A DNA stretch of 64,000 nucleotides from Candidatus Krumholzibacteriia bacterium. Its GTDB lineage: Bacteria; Krumholzibacteriota; Krumholzibacteriia; JAJRXK01. Each line of letters starts with the position of its first letter. Position 1 is the stretch's first letter. Below are positions 37,707 through 46,598 of this stretch, piece by piece. A program made the position numbers and the translations under genes. Below the pieces are notes generated by a model that did not search any database, was not told the DNA's origin, and saw nothing but the letters and a program-made list of their open reading frames with translations. Location of the stretch: the NCBI GenBank assembly GCA_041484665.1, contig JBGPIA010000001.1, forward strand, positions 192,001 to 256,000, given 5' to 3'.

Positions 37707-38606
37707 CTAATGCGACCGGTTCCCCGTCTCCTTCTGCTGCAAGGTGTCCGGCCGGGCAGGCGACTCGACCAGGAATCCGTGGGCGGCGCACACGGCGAGC
37801 GCCGCGGGCGAGCGCAGATGCTCGATCCAGCGACGCGCTGCGTCCGGCCGCTTGGATTCCCGCAGCGCGCAGACGCAATACGCAATGCGCGGCGATTGCT
37901 CCCGCGGCACTTCGAAGGCGACCTTCACCTTCTTCGATACGCGCGCGTCCGTGCGGTAGACGATGCCGGCCTCCACGTTCCCCGACTCCACGGCCGCCAG
38001 CGCGGCGCGCACGTTTTCCACCGGCACGATCTTGCCCTCGAGCTGCCTCCAGATCCCGCGCGCCTCCAGGTACTCGCGGGCGTAGATTCCGGCCGGAACG
38101 GTGGCGGGCTCGGCCAACGCGATCCTGCGCACCCAGGGTCGCAACAGATCCTCCGGGGATAGCAGCACGAGGCTGGCACCGGGCTGCCCACCCGCCGGCA
38201 GGTCGGCCGATCCGTCGGCCGGCACAATGAGCACCAGCGCATTGGAGAGCAGGCAGCTCCGCGTGCCCGGCAGCAGCAGCCCGCGCGCCGCGAGCGTGTC
38301 CACCTTCGCCTCGTCGGCGGAGAAGAACACGTCCGCGGGAGCTCCCTCCTGGATCTGCAGAGCCAGCGTGCTCGAAGCGGAGAAGTTGAAAACGAGCTTT
38401 TCACCACTCTGGGCCTCGTAGGGCCGCGCGATCTCGCGCAAGGCGTCGGTGAGGCTGGCGGCCGCGAACACCAGGAGCTCGCCGGCCCTTGCCGGGGCGC
38501 AGGCCAGCACGACGCCGCCCAAAGCAACGAGTGTCCCGATGGCGCGTCCCCGCAACGGATCGGTCCAGCGGGCCCACGCGGGCCAACTCTGCGGTCGAAC
38601 GGTCAC
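37707..38606 (-). CDS. modA: Molybdate ABC transporter substrate-binding protein
   Basis: VFAAASLTDAL, SSTLALQIQEGAPADVFFSA, VPAGIYA, GIVYRTDA. Confidence 0.92.
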   Translation of the reverse strand: MTVRPQSWPAWARWTDPLRGRAIGTLVALGGVVLACAPARAGELLVFAAASLTDALREIARPYEAQSGEKLVFNFSASSTLALQIQEGAPADVFFSADEAKVDTLAARGLLLPGTRSCLLSNALVLIVPADGSADLPAGGQPGASLVLLSPEDLLRPWVRRIALAEPATVPAGIYAREYLEARGIWRQLEGKIVPVENVRAALAAVESGNVEAGIVYRTDARVSKKVKVAFEVPREQSPRIAYCVCALRESKRPDAARRWIEHLRSPAALAVCAAHGFLVESPARPDTLQQKETGNRSH

Positions 38607-38712
38607 GCTCACTCCTCGTGCGGCGGGCGCGCGATCGAGCGCGGGCCTGCCTGCGCGCGGTCCGACGCTGCCCGTAGTCCGCGCGCTCAGGCAGTCTGCT
38701 GCCGGCGCGCGG

Positions 38713-39876
38713 TCAGAAGACGAACTGCAGACGCGAGATGATCTTGTCGTCGGAGCCTCGCGCCTCCGTGCCGGGGGCGGTGACCAGCAGGTAGTTGAGC
38801 TCCCACACCAGGTCCCAGCCCTTGAGGAACCAGTTCACGCCCACGGTCCAGGTGCGCGTCTCGTCGCCCTTGATCACGCGGTCGGGGTCGAAGCGGTCGT
38901 ACCTGGCCAAGATTTGGTACTTGCGCTCCATCACTGTCAGGTTGGCGAGCGCGAGCACGTAGTATCCGTCCGCGTCGAGCCGATCGGCGGGCAGATTGTT
39001 GGTAGGCTCGAAGCGGTCGCGCAAGTACTCGGCCCACACTTCGATGTCGCCGGCGCGCACCTGGCTATCCACCCCCCAGGCCATCCGATCGCCCTGGAAG
39101 ACCTTGTCGGGCGCGCCACCTCCGCTGGAGTTGAATCCGAACTCGGCCGGCATGTCCGTGAGATTGGCCGCGCGGTCGGAGTAGCCGTCAGCGGCGACCG
39201 ACCACTTGCCGTCCTTACCACCGATCGTTCCCTGCCAGGGGACCACCGCCACCCGCCAAGCGAAGAGGAAGGTCTCCCCATCGTTGCGGTCGCTGTTGGC
39301 CGGTGTGCCGTTGAACATCCCTGCGGCGTACGAGAGGCGTTTCTCCACCGGATCTCCCCACAGCTGAACGCCCAGCTGACGGTTGAGCGTGAGGCGCTCG
39401 GTCATGAGCGTCCGCTCGATGGTGGGCATCCGGGGGTCAGCGTACAGCCACTCCATGCCGAACGGAGTCTTGAACTGACCGGCGCGTAGCCTCACCTGCG
39501 CGCAGTGGGTCCAATTGACGTAGGCGTCGGTCACCGCGGTGCGCATGTCCGAGGTCTCCTTGAGGCTGCCGCTCGCATCGAGCTCGAATTTGAAGTCGAA
39601 ATCGTCGCGCAGCTTGCCCGTCAGGTTCAGGCGCGCACGCCGCAGGTAGAAGCGGTCATTGCCTGTTGTGAAGCGACTGTCGCCCTTCTGCCCGAACTCC
39701 CCCTGCACCTGCACGAAGCCCCCCAGCTGCAGATCCTGCGCCTTGCCGTTGGACCGCACGACCGGAGCCGCTGGCTCGGTCTGGGCAACGGACTGCACCG
39801 GCCCCAGCAGCAGCGGCAAGAGCGTGGCCGCGAGCGCGGCTCGCCGCACAGCACCAACGTGGAGGTCGCTTCTCAT
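38713..39876 (-). CDS. OprO/OprP-family anion-selective porin
   Basis: FYLRRARL, DAYVN, AGQFKTPFGME, IERT, TVGVNWF; terminal F. ATG 39876. Confidence 0.82.
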   Translation of the reverse strand: MRSDLHVGAVRRAALAATLLPLLLGPVQSVAQTEPAAPVVRSNGKAQDLQLGGFVQVQGEFGQKGDSRFTTGNDRFYLRRARLNLTGKLRDDFDFKFELDASGSLKETSDMRTAVTDAYVNWTHCAQVRLRAGQFKTPFGMEWLYADPRMPTIERTLMTERLTLNRQLGVQLWGDPVEKRLSYAAGMFNGTPANSDRNDGETFLFAWRVAVVPWQGTIGGKDGKWSVAADGYSDRAANLTDMPAEFGFNSSGGGAPDKVFQGDRMAWGVDSQVRAGDIEVWAEYLRDRFEPTNNLPADRLDADGYYVLALANLTVMERKYQILARYDRFDPDRVIKGDETRTWTVGVNWFLKGWDLVWELNYLLVTAPGTEARGSDDKIISRLQFVF

Positions 39877-40116
39877 TTCCAGAGTCCTTGTCTGCCCGAA
39901 GGTGAGAGATGCGGGGCTTCCATCAGCGCCGGCCCGGGGCGAGGGGCCGGTCCGCCCGTTGCGCGCCGTCCCGGAGCGCTTGCGCCGCGTCTGCGTCGCA
40001 GCTCCCCCGGCGGCGGGGGCAGATGGTAGGCGCTGCGCCCGTGGGCGACAAGTGGCGTCCGAGCGCAGCCTGACTCCGCTGCGACGGCGTCCCGGGCGCG
40101 GTCGCACGGCCCCCCC

Positions 40117-40146
40117 TTGACAACTCTGGATCTGTGACTACCTAAT
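40117..40146 (+). promoter_or_regulatory. Putative sigma70 promoter of the cysteine operon
   Basis: TTGACA at 40117 followed 16-18 nt later by TACCTAAT. Confidence 0.5.
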
Positions 40147-40211
40147 GCATCAACGGGCCGATGGCCCGGTGGATCCTGACGGATCCTGCCCCGCCCCGCG
40201 AGGACCCTGTG

Positions 40212-40307
40212 ATGGACGTCTGCACTAGCGCCAGCCAGCTCCGTACGGCGTGCCGGTGTTGTGCGTGCGGTTTCATGCGGCCTGGTCTGCGCAGGGACGG
40301 GTGTTGA
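40212..40307 (+). CDS. Cys-rich leader peptide (31 aa, 6 Cys), putative attenuator uORF
   Basis: Manual translation MDVCTSASQLRTACRCCACGFMRPGLRRDGC*; GAGGA RBS; upstream of a terminator and cysteine genes. Confidence 0.75.
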   Translation: MDVCTSASQLRTACRCCACGFMRPGLRRDGC

Positions 40308-40342
40308 CGCGCGGTTGACGCGCCTCCGAGCTTCGTCCGCAG

Positions 40343-40376
40343 CGCCACCGGGCCCCCCGGGTGGCGTTTTTTGTTT
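40343..40376 (+). terminator. Intrinsic terminator in the leader region (attenuator)
   Basis: CGCCACC...GGTGGCG stem followed by TTTTTTGTTT, located before the first structural gene. Confidence 0.75.
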
Positions 40377-40453
40377 CCGGTGGCCCTCCAGCGCTCCCCC
40401 TGCGCGGTGGGCCGGTCCAGACGATCGCAAACCTGAACCCAGGAGAGTCGAGC

Positions 40454-41137
40454 ATGACCGCCGAAGCCACGACGCCCCGCGGGATCCCCCGCATCGGTGA
40501 CCCCGCCCCCGACTTCACGGCCCCGACCACGCAGGGCGAGATCCACTTCTCGCAGTGGCAGAAGGACGCATGGGTGTTGCTGTTCAGCCATCCGGCTGAC
40601 TTCACGCCCGTGTGCACGACCGAGCTCAGCGAGTTCGCCCGCCGCTCGGCGGAGTTCAAGCGCCGCAATGTGAAGCTCATCGGCCTATCCGAGGACAGCA
40701 TCCACTCGCACCTGGCCTGGCGCGAGAACATCCGCGAAAAGCTCGGCGTGGAACTCGACTACCCGCTGATCGCCGACGTGAGCGGCAACGTTGCCGAGCT
40801 GTACGGGCTCATCCACCCCGGCGAGTCGCAGACCGCGACGGTGCGCGCCGTGTTCGCCATCGATCCCAAGCACGCGGTTCGGGCGATCATCTACTACCCG
40901 CTCAACGTCGGGCGCAACATCGACGAGATCGTGCGCCTGATCGACGCCCTGCAGGCCACCGACAAGCACGCCGTTGCGACACCCGTCAACTGGACCCCCG
41001 GTGCACGTGTGGTGGTGCCGCCTCCCAAGACCGAGGCCGAAGTGACGGCGCGACGCAACGGCGCGTACGCCGAGAAGATCGACTTCTACCTCAACAAGAC
41101 CGACCTGCCCGCACAGGCGCAGGCCGCTGCGAAGTAG
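40454..41137 (+). CDS. 1-Cys peroxiredoxin (Prx6 family)
   Basis: LFSHPADFTPVCTTE, YYPLNVGRNIDEI, ATPVNW; AGGAG RBS. Confidence 0.92.
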   Translation: MTAEATTPRGIPRIGDPAPDFTAPTTQGEIHFSQWQKDAWVLLFSHPADFTPVCTTELSEFARRSAEFKRRNVKLIGLSEDSIHSHLAWRENIREKLGVELDYPLIADVSGNVAELYGLIHPGESQTATVRAVFAIDPKHAVRAIIYYPLNVGRNIDEIVRLIDALQATDKHAVATPVNWTPGARVVVPPPKTEAEVTARRNGAYAEKIDFYLNKTDLPAQAQAAAK

Positions 41138-41143
41138 CCGCCC

Positions 41144-41668
41144 ATGGCCGATGCCGCACCAGGTGCGTCTGCGCCCGGGGAGCGGGGGCCCGCATCCCTG
41201 GAGCTCGCCCCCGGATCCGGCGAGCTTGCTCCCTCGTCCGGGGGCCGCGCACCGACCTCCGTCGAGCTGGCGCCGGCGCTGGCGCAGGAGCTGATCGCGC
41301 TGGCAAGCGCCGGCTATCCGCACGAGACCTGCGGGCTGCTGCTGGGGCGTCCGCGGGCCGGCGGCGCGCACGTGGTGCGGATCGTCGTTGCGCGCAACGT
41401 GGAGTCCCTGCGCGCGCACGACCGCTACGTGCTCGACCCTGCGTCGTTTTTGGCCGCCGACCGGCAGGCCCGCGCAGAAGGGCTGGAGATCATCGGCATC
41501 TGGCACACCCATCCCGACCATCCGGCGCGGCCGTCGCCCACCGATCTGGCGGCCGCATGGGACGGTTACTCGTACGTCATCGTGTCCGTCCGCAGCGACG
41601 GCGCTTGCCAGCTGCGGTGCTGGCGCCTGGTGGGGACCGAGTTCCTGGAAGAGAGCGTGATCCCATGA
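41144..41668 (+). CDS. JAMM/Mov34 metallopeptidase (Mec-like CysO-cysteine peptidase)
   Basis: YPHETCGLLLG and WHTHPDHPARPSPTD JAMM motif. Confidence 0.88.
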   Translation: MADAAPGASAPGERGPASLELAPGSGELAPSSGGRAPTSVELAPALAQELIALASAGYPHETCGLLLGRPRAGGAHVVRIVVARNVESLRAHDRYVLDPASFLAADRQARAEGLEIIGIWHTHPDHPARPSPTDLAAAWDGYSYVIVSVRSDGACQLRCWRLVGTEFLEESVIP

Positions 41669-43053
41669 ATGGAGAGACGACTCACGCGAGTGGCGAGCGA
41701 GATCACCCAAGCACCGCGGAAGCTCGCTCGAGCGTGACGGTCCGCATTCCCGCCCCGCTGCGTCCCTACGTCGGGGGCGTTGGCGAGCTGCATGTGGTAG
41801 CCGCGACCGTGCGCGACGCGCTGCAGCTGCTCGGGCGCAGTCACCCCGGTCTGTGCGAGCGCATCCTCGATGGCGATGCGCGCCTGCGCGGCTTCGTGAA
41901 CCTCTTCGTCGGCGACCAGGACGTGCGTGCCCTGCAGGGGCTGGACACGCCCGTGGCCGACGGCAACGTGCTGACGATCGTGCCCGCGGTTGCGGGAGGC
42001 GCGGCGATAGCCCGTCACGCCATCCCGGCCCCCGCACGAGCTGCGCCGCCGGCCGGCGGCCCGCGCGCGCGCCCGGACACAACTCCTGCTGCATTCCCGG
42101 GCGCGACCCCTGCCACACGGCCCGGCGCTGCCGCCATCTCGTTGCTGGCCAACATCGGCCACACTCCGCTGCTGCGCCTGGACGGCGCGCTGGAGGTGGC
42201 GCCCTCGGTCGCGCTGTTCGCCAAGTTGGAGAGCTCCAATCCCGGTGGCTCGATCAAGGACCGGCCGGTGGCGCGTATGCTGCGGCGTGCGCTCGCCGAG
42301 AGCGCGTTTTCGGGGGGCCGGCGGCTGCTGGACTCCAGCTCGGGCAACGCGGGGATCGCCTACGCGATGTTCGGCGCTGCGTTGGGCATCCCGGTTACCC
42401 TGGTGGTTCCTGGCAACGCCAGCCAGGAGCGCCTGCAACGTATCGCGGCCCACGGCGCCGAGCTGATCCTCACCGACCCGCAAGAAGGCTATGACTTCGC
42501 CCTGCGCGAGGCGCGGCGCCTGGCCGCCGCTCACGCCGACCGGTATTGGCATTGCGATCAGTACTCCAACCCGGAGAACTGGCGCGCGCACTACGAGGGA
42601 ACCGGGATGGAGATCCTAGCCCAGGTCCGCGCCCAGACCGGCCACGCACCGGACTGCTTCGTCGCTGGCGTGGGCACGGGCGGCACACTGACGGGCGTGG
42701 GGCGACGGCTGCGTGAGGCCGATCCGCAGCTACACGTGGTGACGGTGGTACCCGAGACCTTTCCTGGGATCGAAGGCCTCAAGCCGCTGGGAGAGCCCGG
42801 CGACATCGTGCCGGCGATCCTCGACCTCTCGCTCGTCGGCGAGCGCATGCCCGTGAGCAGCGAGCAGGCGTTGGCCGCCTGCCGCCGTCTGGCGCAAGCC
42901 GGGATCTTCGTCGGCCCCTCCTCGGGGGCCTACCTGCACGCGGCGCTGGACGTCGCGGCGCGCGGCCGCTACCGGCGCGTCGTCACGGTCTTCTCCGACA
43001 CAGGTGAGCGATATCTGTCCACCGGAATGTGGAGCGCATCGCTGGCGAGCTGA
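41665..43053 (+). CDS. Fused MoaD/CysO ubiquitin-like sulfur carrier + PLP-dependent cysteine synthase (CysM-like)
   Basis: VRIPAPLR...FVNLFVG...IVPAVAGG, then a Pro/Ala linker, then IGHTPL, NPGGSIKDR, SSGNAG, GTGGT, GPSSGA in one frame. Confidence 0.85.
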   Translation: MNGETTHASGERDHPSTAEARSSVTVRIPAPLRPYVGGVGELHVVAATVRDALQLLGRSHPGLCERILDGDARLRGFVNLFVGDQDVRALQGLDTPVADGNVLTIVPAVAGGAAIARHAIPAPARAAPPAGGPRARPDTTPAAFPGATPATRPGAAAISLLANIGHTPLLRLDGALEVAPSVALFAKLESSNPGGSIKDRPVARMLRRALAESAFSGGRRLLDSSSGNAGIAYAMFGAALGIPVTLVVPGNASQERLQRIAAHGAELILTDPQEGYDFALREARRLAAAHADRYWHCDQYSNPENWRAHYEGTGMEILAQVRAQTGHAPDCFVAGVGTGGTLTGVGRRLREADPQLHVVTVVPETFPGIEGLKPLGEPGDIVPAILDLSLVGERMPVSSEQALAACRRLAQAGIFVGPSSGAYLHAALDVAARGRYRRVVTVFSDTGERYLSTGMWSASLAS

Positions 43054-43297
43054 GATCAAAGTCCGCTTGGAGCGCCGATGGGCAGAGGCCATCCGCGCGC
43101 CGGGACCACGGACCGACGGAGAGCGCCGGCGAGCGAGATCCGTCCGCCAGCCGAGACTGCAGCGCGCCGGGGCGGTCTCCACGCGAGGCCTCACCGCACG
43201 CTCCTTGTCGCCCGGAAGGTTCGCCTGATAGAGTCTGCGCGCAGGCTACTGCACCCCCCGGCCGCAGCGGTCCCGCGGCACGCCAGGAGACTTCCCC

Positions 43298-46200
43298 ATG
43301 TCGGGCTATGGCAAGGGCGGCACGACCGGCGCGACCCACGAGCTGGATCTCGATCCCAGCCTGCTGCGCGCCTTCTGGTCGCGCCGGCTGTGCAAGGTCG
43401 GGCAGAAGGTCACGCTCACCGCGCAGTTCCAGGGCGTCCCCGACGGGTTGGAGGTCGCAGTCGAGCTGCACCCGCTGTCCAAGGACGGCAAAGCTAAGCC
43501 CAAGGAGCCTCCCAAGCCGGTCACGGTCGCAGCCGGCAAGGTGAGACTGGAGTGGACCGCCGGCATCGACGGGACCGACGGCGAGACGCCAACGCTCATG
43601 GTGCTGACGTTCTCGGTCAGCGTCGCGGGCCTGCCGGTCTTCGGCGTCAGCGTCAACTTCCTGGTCGTCGCCGAGTTCGGCGCGTTGATCGAGCAGCTCG
43701 ACCGCTGTTTCTGCCCGGGCGCGGAGGCGCTGCAGCTCACCTACCAGATCGTCGATCTCTCGAAATACGTGCTCAGCGGCATCTTCCGCGTCTACGGCAA
43801 CCAGTATGAGAGCGCGGTCTATCCCGACAAGAAGGCCATCGTCTACCAGCGGCTGCTCACACCGGCCGAGTTGACCGACGGAATGCACGTGCTCGGTTGG
43901 GAGGGGTTCACCAACGCGGCTGCGGGCCCGCTGGCCAGGCCGAAGGACAAGTCGGCCCGTTTCGTGAGCCCGCTGTACAGCCCCTACGTGGTGGAGATCG
44001 AGCTGCTCGACCGGGCGATCACCGACCCCGCGAAGTGGCCCAGCGACGAGGCGCTCGGATCGCTGCCCTCTCCGGCGAAGTTCGACGGCCTGGGCCTGAA
44101 GTCGGGCGGCGCCGGCTTCGCGGCAGTCGTCCCGCCCGAGCAGCCCAAGCACTGCGGCTTCGAGATCGTCTACGCCGGTCTCGCGCTGGCGCTGGGCACG
44201 CACGTCCCTAGCGTAGCGGACATCCCCAAGGGTGACGGCCTCTATCAATACCTGCTGAACCAGCTGGGTTACTTCTGTGGTCGCGTCGATGGCTCGATCG
44301 GTCCCATCTCGAAGAAAGGGATCCACCACTTCAAGCGCACCCACTGGGAGGTCGTCCAGGACTCCAAGGACCCCAAGGTCTACCGCCAGGACCGCACCAA
44401 ACCGCTGGGCGATCCCGACCTGATCAAGATCAAGCCCGACCTCGACGCCAAAACGAAGAAGGCGATTCAGCACGAGGTCGCTCCGCGCACTTGGATGGAG
44501 ATCGTGGACGCCGCGGGCAAGCCGGTCCCCGCAAAGGTGAACGTGCTGCCAGAGCAAGGCGAGCAGGGCCGGCTCTACGTCGATGGGACCGTGCTCTATC
44601 AGATGCCTGGGGAGTTCTACAACGACGCGGCGAAAAAAGCGGACGTCACCAAGCAGGATCGCGAGGAGGCCTGGATCCCCCGCCCGTGGATCCCGGTGGA
44701 GGCGCGACCGCTGCTGCGCCGCAAGAACGGCACGGCGGCCACGGCCGCCGCGAGCGCGTCGGGGGCGGGGCCCGCGCGTGTGCTGTTTTGCGTCGTCGAT
44801 CCCGCCGAGAACCACGCCGGCCTGAACTTCCCGACCGTCCCGTTCACCGGGCTCAGCATCAAGGACCACACGGTCGTCGCGGGCGAGACGACCATGCTCA
44901 AGGTCGCGAAGAAACACGGGTTCAGCAGTGGCAATTGGATCTACAACGACCCACTAAATGCTGCATTCAAGACCGCCAATCCGAACAAGAACGCGCTCAC
45001 CGTCGGGAGCACGCTCAAGATCCCTCCCTTCCCCAACCACGTGAAGTACTTCAAGCACAAGCAGACACAGCCCGAGGACTTCGTGAAACGCGTGGTGGGC
45101 GATCTGGCGGGCACGGCCAAGGGGGACTGGAAGGCCGACAACGCCCCCGACCAGAACAAGGATGCAAGTGCGCGGGTCTACGGAGTGCGCACCAAGGACG
45201 AGAGCCAGCGCGGCGTGGAGGCCTTCCGGCTTTTGGACAAGCTGCGGCCGCTCGCTCCGTGGAAGGCCGAGGAGGTCGACGACGACGCGGCGGGGATCGG
45301 CAAGGCGGTCGCGGTGGCGCTTGCGCCCACCGGTCCCAAGCGCGGCGCTGCGGGCATCTACTTCATCGCGTCGATCCAGTCAGGGGACAACTACCGGATC
45401 GAGGCGTGGATCGATCTGCAGAAGGGCCCCGACGGAAAGGACCTGCCCAACGCCAGCGCGCTCAAGACCCGCTACGCCGCCGCGCCGCCGCGGGGGGCCA
45501 CGGGTCCGACCACCGTGTGGCGCCGCATCGACCTCGCCGAGTACCTCTACATCAAGGACCGCACGCTCGAGCCGACCAAGTCGCAGGTCGACTGGTCCCG
45601 TTTCCAGGACATCTTCCTGCGCGGCTACGTCGATCTCGTGCTGCCCCCCAACCCGGCGGGCCGTGCCCTGACCGAGGACGAGTACAAGACGATCGTCTCT
45701 CGCGCCTATCCCAAGCTCAAGGCGAAGGACGTCATCCTCGACCGCGAGGAGCTCTATCCGCAAACGAACCTGCCGTTGCCGACGCAGAACGCCGGCGAGT
45801 CGGCGAAGGACTACCTGGCACGTGTCGACGACGCGGTGAAGGACTTCCATGAGAAATTCGCCAAGGTCGCCGGGGTCTACATCCGGCAGCGAAACCGCAC
45901 TGGCGGCATCATCGTCGACTTCCGCCGCAACCACAAACCGATCCCCGTCAACGACTCCGCCGGCAACGCGCTGGCGCTGGACTGGGACGCGCGCTTCTTG
46001 TCCACCGGCCAATCCAAAGGCGTCCTGCTCATGGACCAGCGCGACGGCGACAAGGCACATTACGTGTTCGCCCACGAGCTGGGGCACAGCCTGCTCCTCT
46101 ATCACTGGAAGAACACCGGCGAGAACAACAACCAGGACCACGACAACGACGACGACTACTGCCTGATGATGTACCCGGGCGACGAGGAGGCCGGCAAGAT

Positions 46201-46498
46201 CGACCCCGAGTACTGCGGGAAGTGCGTGCTCAAGCTTCGCGGGTGGAACGAGAAGGCGCTGCCGGCCAACGCGCCGCCACCCCCGCCCGCCGCCGCACCG
46301 GCCGCGGCCAAGACCGACCTGCGGCTGACGCTGAAGGACGCCGAGGGCAACGTGCTGTCCGACGCTCCCTGCGTGCTGGAGTTCCCCGATGGCACGAAGG
46401 TCGACGGCAGGACGGACCAGGACGGCCTGCTGGTCGCCGCAGGCGTCCCCACGGGCAAGGTCAAGGTGCGCTTCGTGGACGAGGAGCAGCAGGCGTGA
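43298..46498 (+). CDS. Multidomain candidate T6SS effector: PG-binding, LysM, zinc metalloprotease and C-terminal transthyretin-like domain
   Basis: QYLLNQLGYFCGRVDGSIG; HTVVAGET...LTVGSTLKIP; HELGHSLLLYH + CLMMY Met-turn; LKDAEG...GRTDQDG; no signal peptide. Confidence 0.7.
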   Translation: MSGYGKGGTTGATHELDLDPSLLRAFWSRRLCKVGQKVTLTAQFQGVPDGLEVAVELHPLSKDGKAKPKEPPKPVTVAAGKVRLEWTAGIDGTDGETPTLMVLTFSVSVAGLPVFGVSVNFLVVAEFGALIEQLDRCFCPGAEALQLTYQIVDLSKYVLSGIFRVYGNQYESAVYPDKKAIVYQRLLTPAELTDGMHVLGWEGFTNAAAGPLARPKDKSARFVSPLYSPYVVEIELLDRAITDPAKWPSDEALGSLPSPAKFDGLGLKSGGAGFAAVVPPEQPKHCGFEIVYAGLALALGTHVPSVADIPKGDGLYQYLLNQLGYFCGRVDGSIGPISKKGIHHFKRTHWEVVQDSKDPKVYRQDRTKPLGDPDLIKIKPDLDAKTKKAIQHEVAPRTWMEIVDAAGKPVPAKVNVLPEQGEQGRLYVDGTVLYQMPGEFYNDAAKKADVTKQDREEAWIPRPWIPVEARPLLRRKNGTAATAAASASGAGPARVLFCVVDPAENHAGLNFPTVPFTGLSIKDHTVVAGETTMLKVAKKHGFSSGNWIYNDPLNAAFKTANPNKNALTVGSTLKIPPFPNHVKYFKHKQTQPEDFVKRVVGDLAGTAKGDWKADNAPDQNKDASARVYGVRTKDESQRGVEAFRLLDKLRPLAPWKAEEVDDDAAGIGKAVAVALAPTGPKRGAAGIYFIASIQSGDNYRIEAWIDLQKGPDGKDLPNASALKTRYAAAPPRGATGPTTVWRRIDLAEYLYIKDRTLEPTKSQVDWSRFQDIFLRGYVDLVLPPNPAGRALTEDEYKTIVSRAYPKLKAKDVILDREELYPQTNLPLPTQNAGESAKDYLARVDDAVKDFHEKFAKVAGVYIRQRNRTGGIIVDFRRNHKPIPVNDSAGNALALDWDARFLSTGQSKGVLLMDQRDGDKAHYVFAHELGHSLLLYHWKNTGENNNQDHDNDDDYCLMMYPGDEEAGKIDPEYCGKCVLKLRGWNEKALPANAPPPPPAAAPAAAKTDLRLTLKDAEGNVLSDAPCVLEFPDGTKVDGRTDQDGLLVAAGVPTGKVKVRFVDEEQQA

Positions 46499-46598
46499 GC
46501 TGCGTGCGGAGCGTGCGCTGGGGGGCCGCTCGCGGAAGACTCACTCGTGAGGCTGGCGCGGAGGGTAGGTCCGTGAGGCCAAAACGGAGGGTGTGCGC

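Noticed and set aside
39877..40110. Possible Moco/Wco riboswitch or ModE box upstream of porin-modABC
   Set aside because: The region is GC-rich and hairpin-prone, but I could not identify the conserved motif. An Infernal/Rfam scan would be needed.
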